Shown here: in pieces, positions 62,805-64,000 of the stretch
How the letters are laid out: every line of letters starts with the position of its first letter
Numbering within the stretch: the first letter of the stretch is position 1
Assembly: GCA_964397195.1 (NCBI GenBank)
Contig: CAYNGY010000002.1
Location: 180,012 to 244,011, forward strand
Origin: an uncultured Gammaproteobacteria bacterium
GTDB lineage: Bacteria > Patescibacteriota > Patescibacteriia > SBBC01 > CAIJZX01
Direction: 5' to 3'
Length of the DNA stretch: 64,000 nt
Notes under the pieces: generated by a model
The model's database searches: none
The model's input: the letters and a program-made list of their open reading frames with translations, nothing else
What the model was told of the DNA's origin: nothing
Program-made: the position numbers and the translations under genes

Positions 62805-63023
62805 TCAGTCCTTCTTAGAGGCGTTCGCCGGCGTCAGCCGTCGAACGGATTTATCCAGTGTTGAGTGAAGTTGGAGATCGCTTCGCTTCCCCATGGTGCG
62901 GACACCAGTGTCGCGAGCGTTAAAATGATTTTGGCCGGCTTTGCGCTTCAGGAGCTTGCCGCGGCCGGTCTTTTTAAATCGCTTGGCAATCGCCTTATGC
63001 GTCTTGATCTTCTGCTTTGACAT
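62805..63023 (-). CDS. rpmI: 50S ribosomal protein L35.
   Basis: It reads MSKQKIKTHKAIAKRFKKTGRGKLLKRKAG. It lies between infC and rplT in the conserved operon. Confidence 0.85.
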   Translation of the reverse strand: MSKQKIKTHKAIAKRFKKTGRGKLLKRKAGQNHFNARDTGVRTMGKRSDLQLHSTLDKSVRRLTPANASKKD

Positions 63024-63103
63024 ATCGTGGTCGGTTGGTGGTAATGAATTGAGAGATGGGAGATGCTGAAGTGTTGTTCAGCACGATCTGGTTGTTAACG
63101 AGA

Positions 63104-63616
63104 TTATTTTTTCCGGCCGACGATCATGGTGAATCGATTGCCGAGGCGACCGAGCGGCTGTTCGGTGGAGATATCGTCGCCGAGCGATTTGACGAATTCG
63201 TCGATAACCTTACGACCGTGATCGGCGAGGGCATTTTCACGACCGCGTAGTCGCATTTCGATCAGGACCTTGTGTCCTTCATCGAGAAACTCGAGGGCGG
63301 TTCGCTTGCGGGTGTCTAAATCGTGCTGGCCGATGCGGAAGGTGAGGCGGATGCCTTTCAGGTCAACTTTTTTCTGGTTGGCCTTCGCTTTCCGGAGTTG
63401 CTTTTCCTGTTGGAACAGGAAGGCATTAAAATTCAAGATGCGGCAGACCGGTGGGCGAGCTTGGGGGGCGACTTCGACGAGGTCGAGGCCGCGGCTCTGG
63501 GCCAGGGTCAGGGCTTGGGCGGTGTCCATCTGTCCGAGTGGTTTCCCGTTCTCGTCGATAACCATGACGAGGGGAATTCGGATTTGATGGTTGAGGCGAT
63601 AACGACGGTCTGAAAT
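63104..63616 (-). CDS. infC: Translation initiation factor IF-3, with a probable non-AUG (ATT) start.
   Basis: The IF3 N-domain motif is LVMVIDENGKPLGQMDTAQALTLAQSRGLDLVEVAP. The start was placed at the ATT codon (63616-63614, ISDRRYRLNHQIRI). The ORF-track N-terminal extension (MPAVYL...) lacks IF3 similarity. Confidence 0.75.
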   Translation of the reverse strand: MSDRRYRLNHQIRIPLVMVIDENGKPLGQMDTAQALTLAQSRGLDLVEVAPQARPPVCRILNFNAFLFQQEKQLRKAKANQKKVDLKGIRLTFRIGQHDLDTRKRTALEFLDEGHKVLIEMRLRGRENALADHGRKVIDEFVKSLGDDISTEQPLGRLGNRFTMIVGRKK

Positions 63617-64000
63617 GTCAGGTAGGGTTATGAAATAAATGGTGGAGATGGCGGGTCTTTCACCCGCGTCTCGACGGACGATCCGTTCATACTGTTTCCC
63701 ATGCTCAGCCCACTGTTCGTTGGCCGCCATCAGGTAGACAGCGGGCAAAAGCCCTGCTGGCGGTGTTCAGAAGCTACACAGTGCTCGTCCTGAACGAGCG
63801 ATCACTGGCCCGGCGAAATGACACCCGCGGTCGGCCTAGCCGGAGTTGACCGGGCGGATGCGTCACGGGGTTTAGACCGTGGCGAAAGCAAGCTGTTGAA
63901 CAGCAAACGCTTTCGCGAGCGCTGTTTTCAGCCGCGTAAGTGTGTTGGCACTTATCGCTTCCCGCACATTAACGACGGTGCGAGCGTGTCGGCATGATAC

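Noticed and set aside
1-64000. Searched by eye for CRISPR arrays, IS-element terminal inverted repeats or transposases, integrases and reverse transcriptases (DGR).
   Set aside because: No short regularly spaced direct repeats were seen. No ORF carried DDE/tyrosine-recombinase/RT motifs. The compositional islets therefore lack an identifiable mobilisation gene within this window.

Overview
The window is a 64-kb stretch from an uncultivated-looking bacterium. The proteins look monoderm-like, possibly CPR/Patescibacteria-like, but that assignment is inference only. Nearly all genes are on the + strand. No rRNA, CRISPR array, transposase or reverse transcriptase was seen.

The most unusual part is the first ~21 kb, a cell-surface assembly island. 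It holds a 5'-truncated giant protein (over 3947 aa) built of autotransporter-type PATR beta-strand repeats. That protein ends in a ~170-aa domain shared with a small secreted protein 1.7 kb downstream. The shared domain ends in a WxL-like motif in which Trp is replaced by Tyr (YSSNLTYVL / YSTNITYIA). Next come a DUF916/DUF3324-like protein with a C-terminal membrane anchor, a protein with a canonical duplicated dockerin, and three tandem paralogous membrane-anchored proteins each carrying a cohesin-like domain. Together these look like a hybrid 'Csc/WxL-like plus cohesin-dockerin' surface scaffold locus, which I believe is undescribed.

Housekeeping genes follow: a GT2 glycosyltransferase, tRNA-Val, lepB, hisS, a HIT protein, rpsU, a GatB/YqeY protein, ybeY, dgkA, ftsA and ftsZ. 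After them is a 2081-aa surface protein with a VirB2/TrbC-like N-terminal double-transmembrane module, IPT/TIG domains and a type-IV-pilin-like C-terminal domain. A second pilin-like-domain protein sits next to it.

A B12 module comes next. A perfect palindromic NrdR box sits in the nrdR-nrdJ promoter. The reductase is class II (B12-dependent). cobO lies downstream. A cobalamin riboswitch drives two DUF4430 (BtuG-like) proteins and a membrane protein.

The remaining core genes are a polysaccharide deacetylase, htrA, prfB with its programmed +1 frameshift site (CTT TGA C), glmS, a split comEC, and rplT-rpmI-infC on the - strand.

Three compositionally foreign islets are present. One is GC3-rich at 24.3-25.3 kb. 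A second GC3-rich two-gene cassette at 58.1-61.0 kb has its own promoter and terminator. The third is an AT-rich gene at 61.6-62.4 kb. The last two flank a peculiar tRNA-Asp locus. There an intact tRNA-Asp is bracketed by a 14-bp inverted repeat and by direct copies of its own 5' 22 nt and 3' 30 nt.
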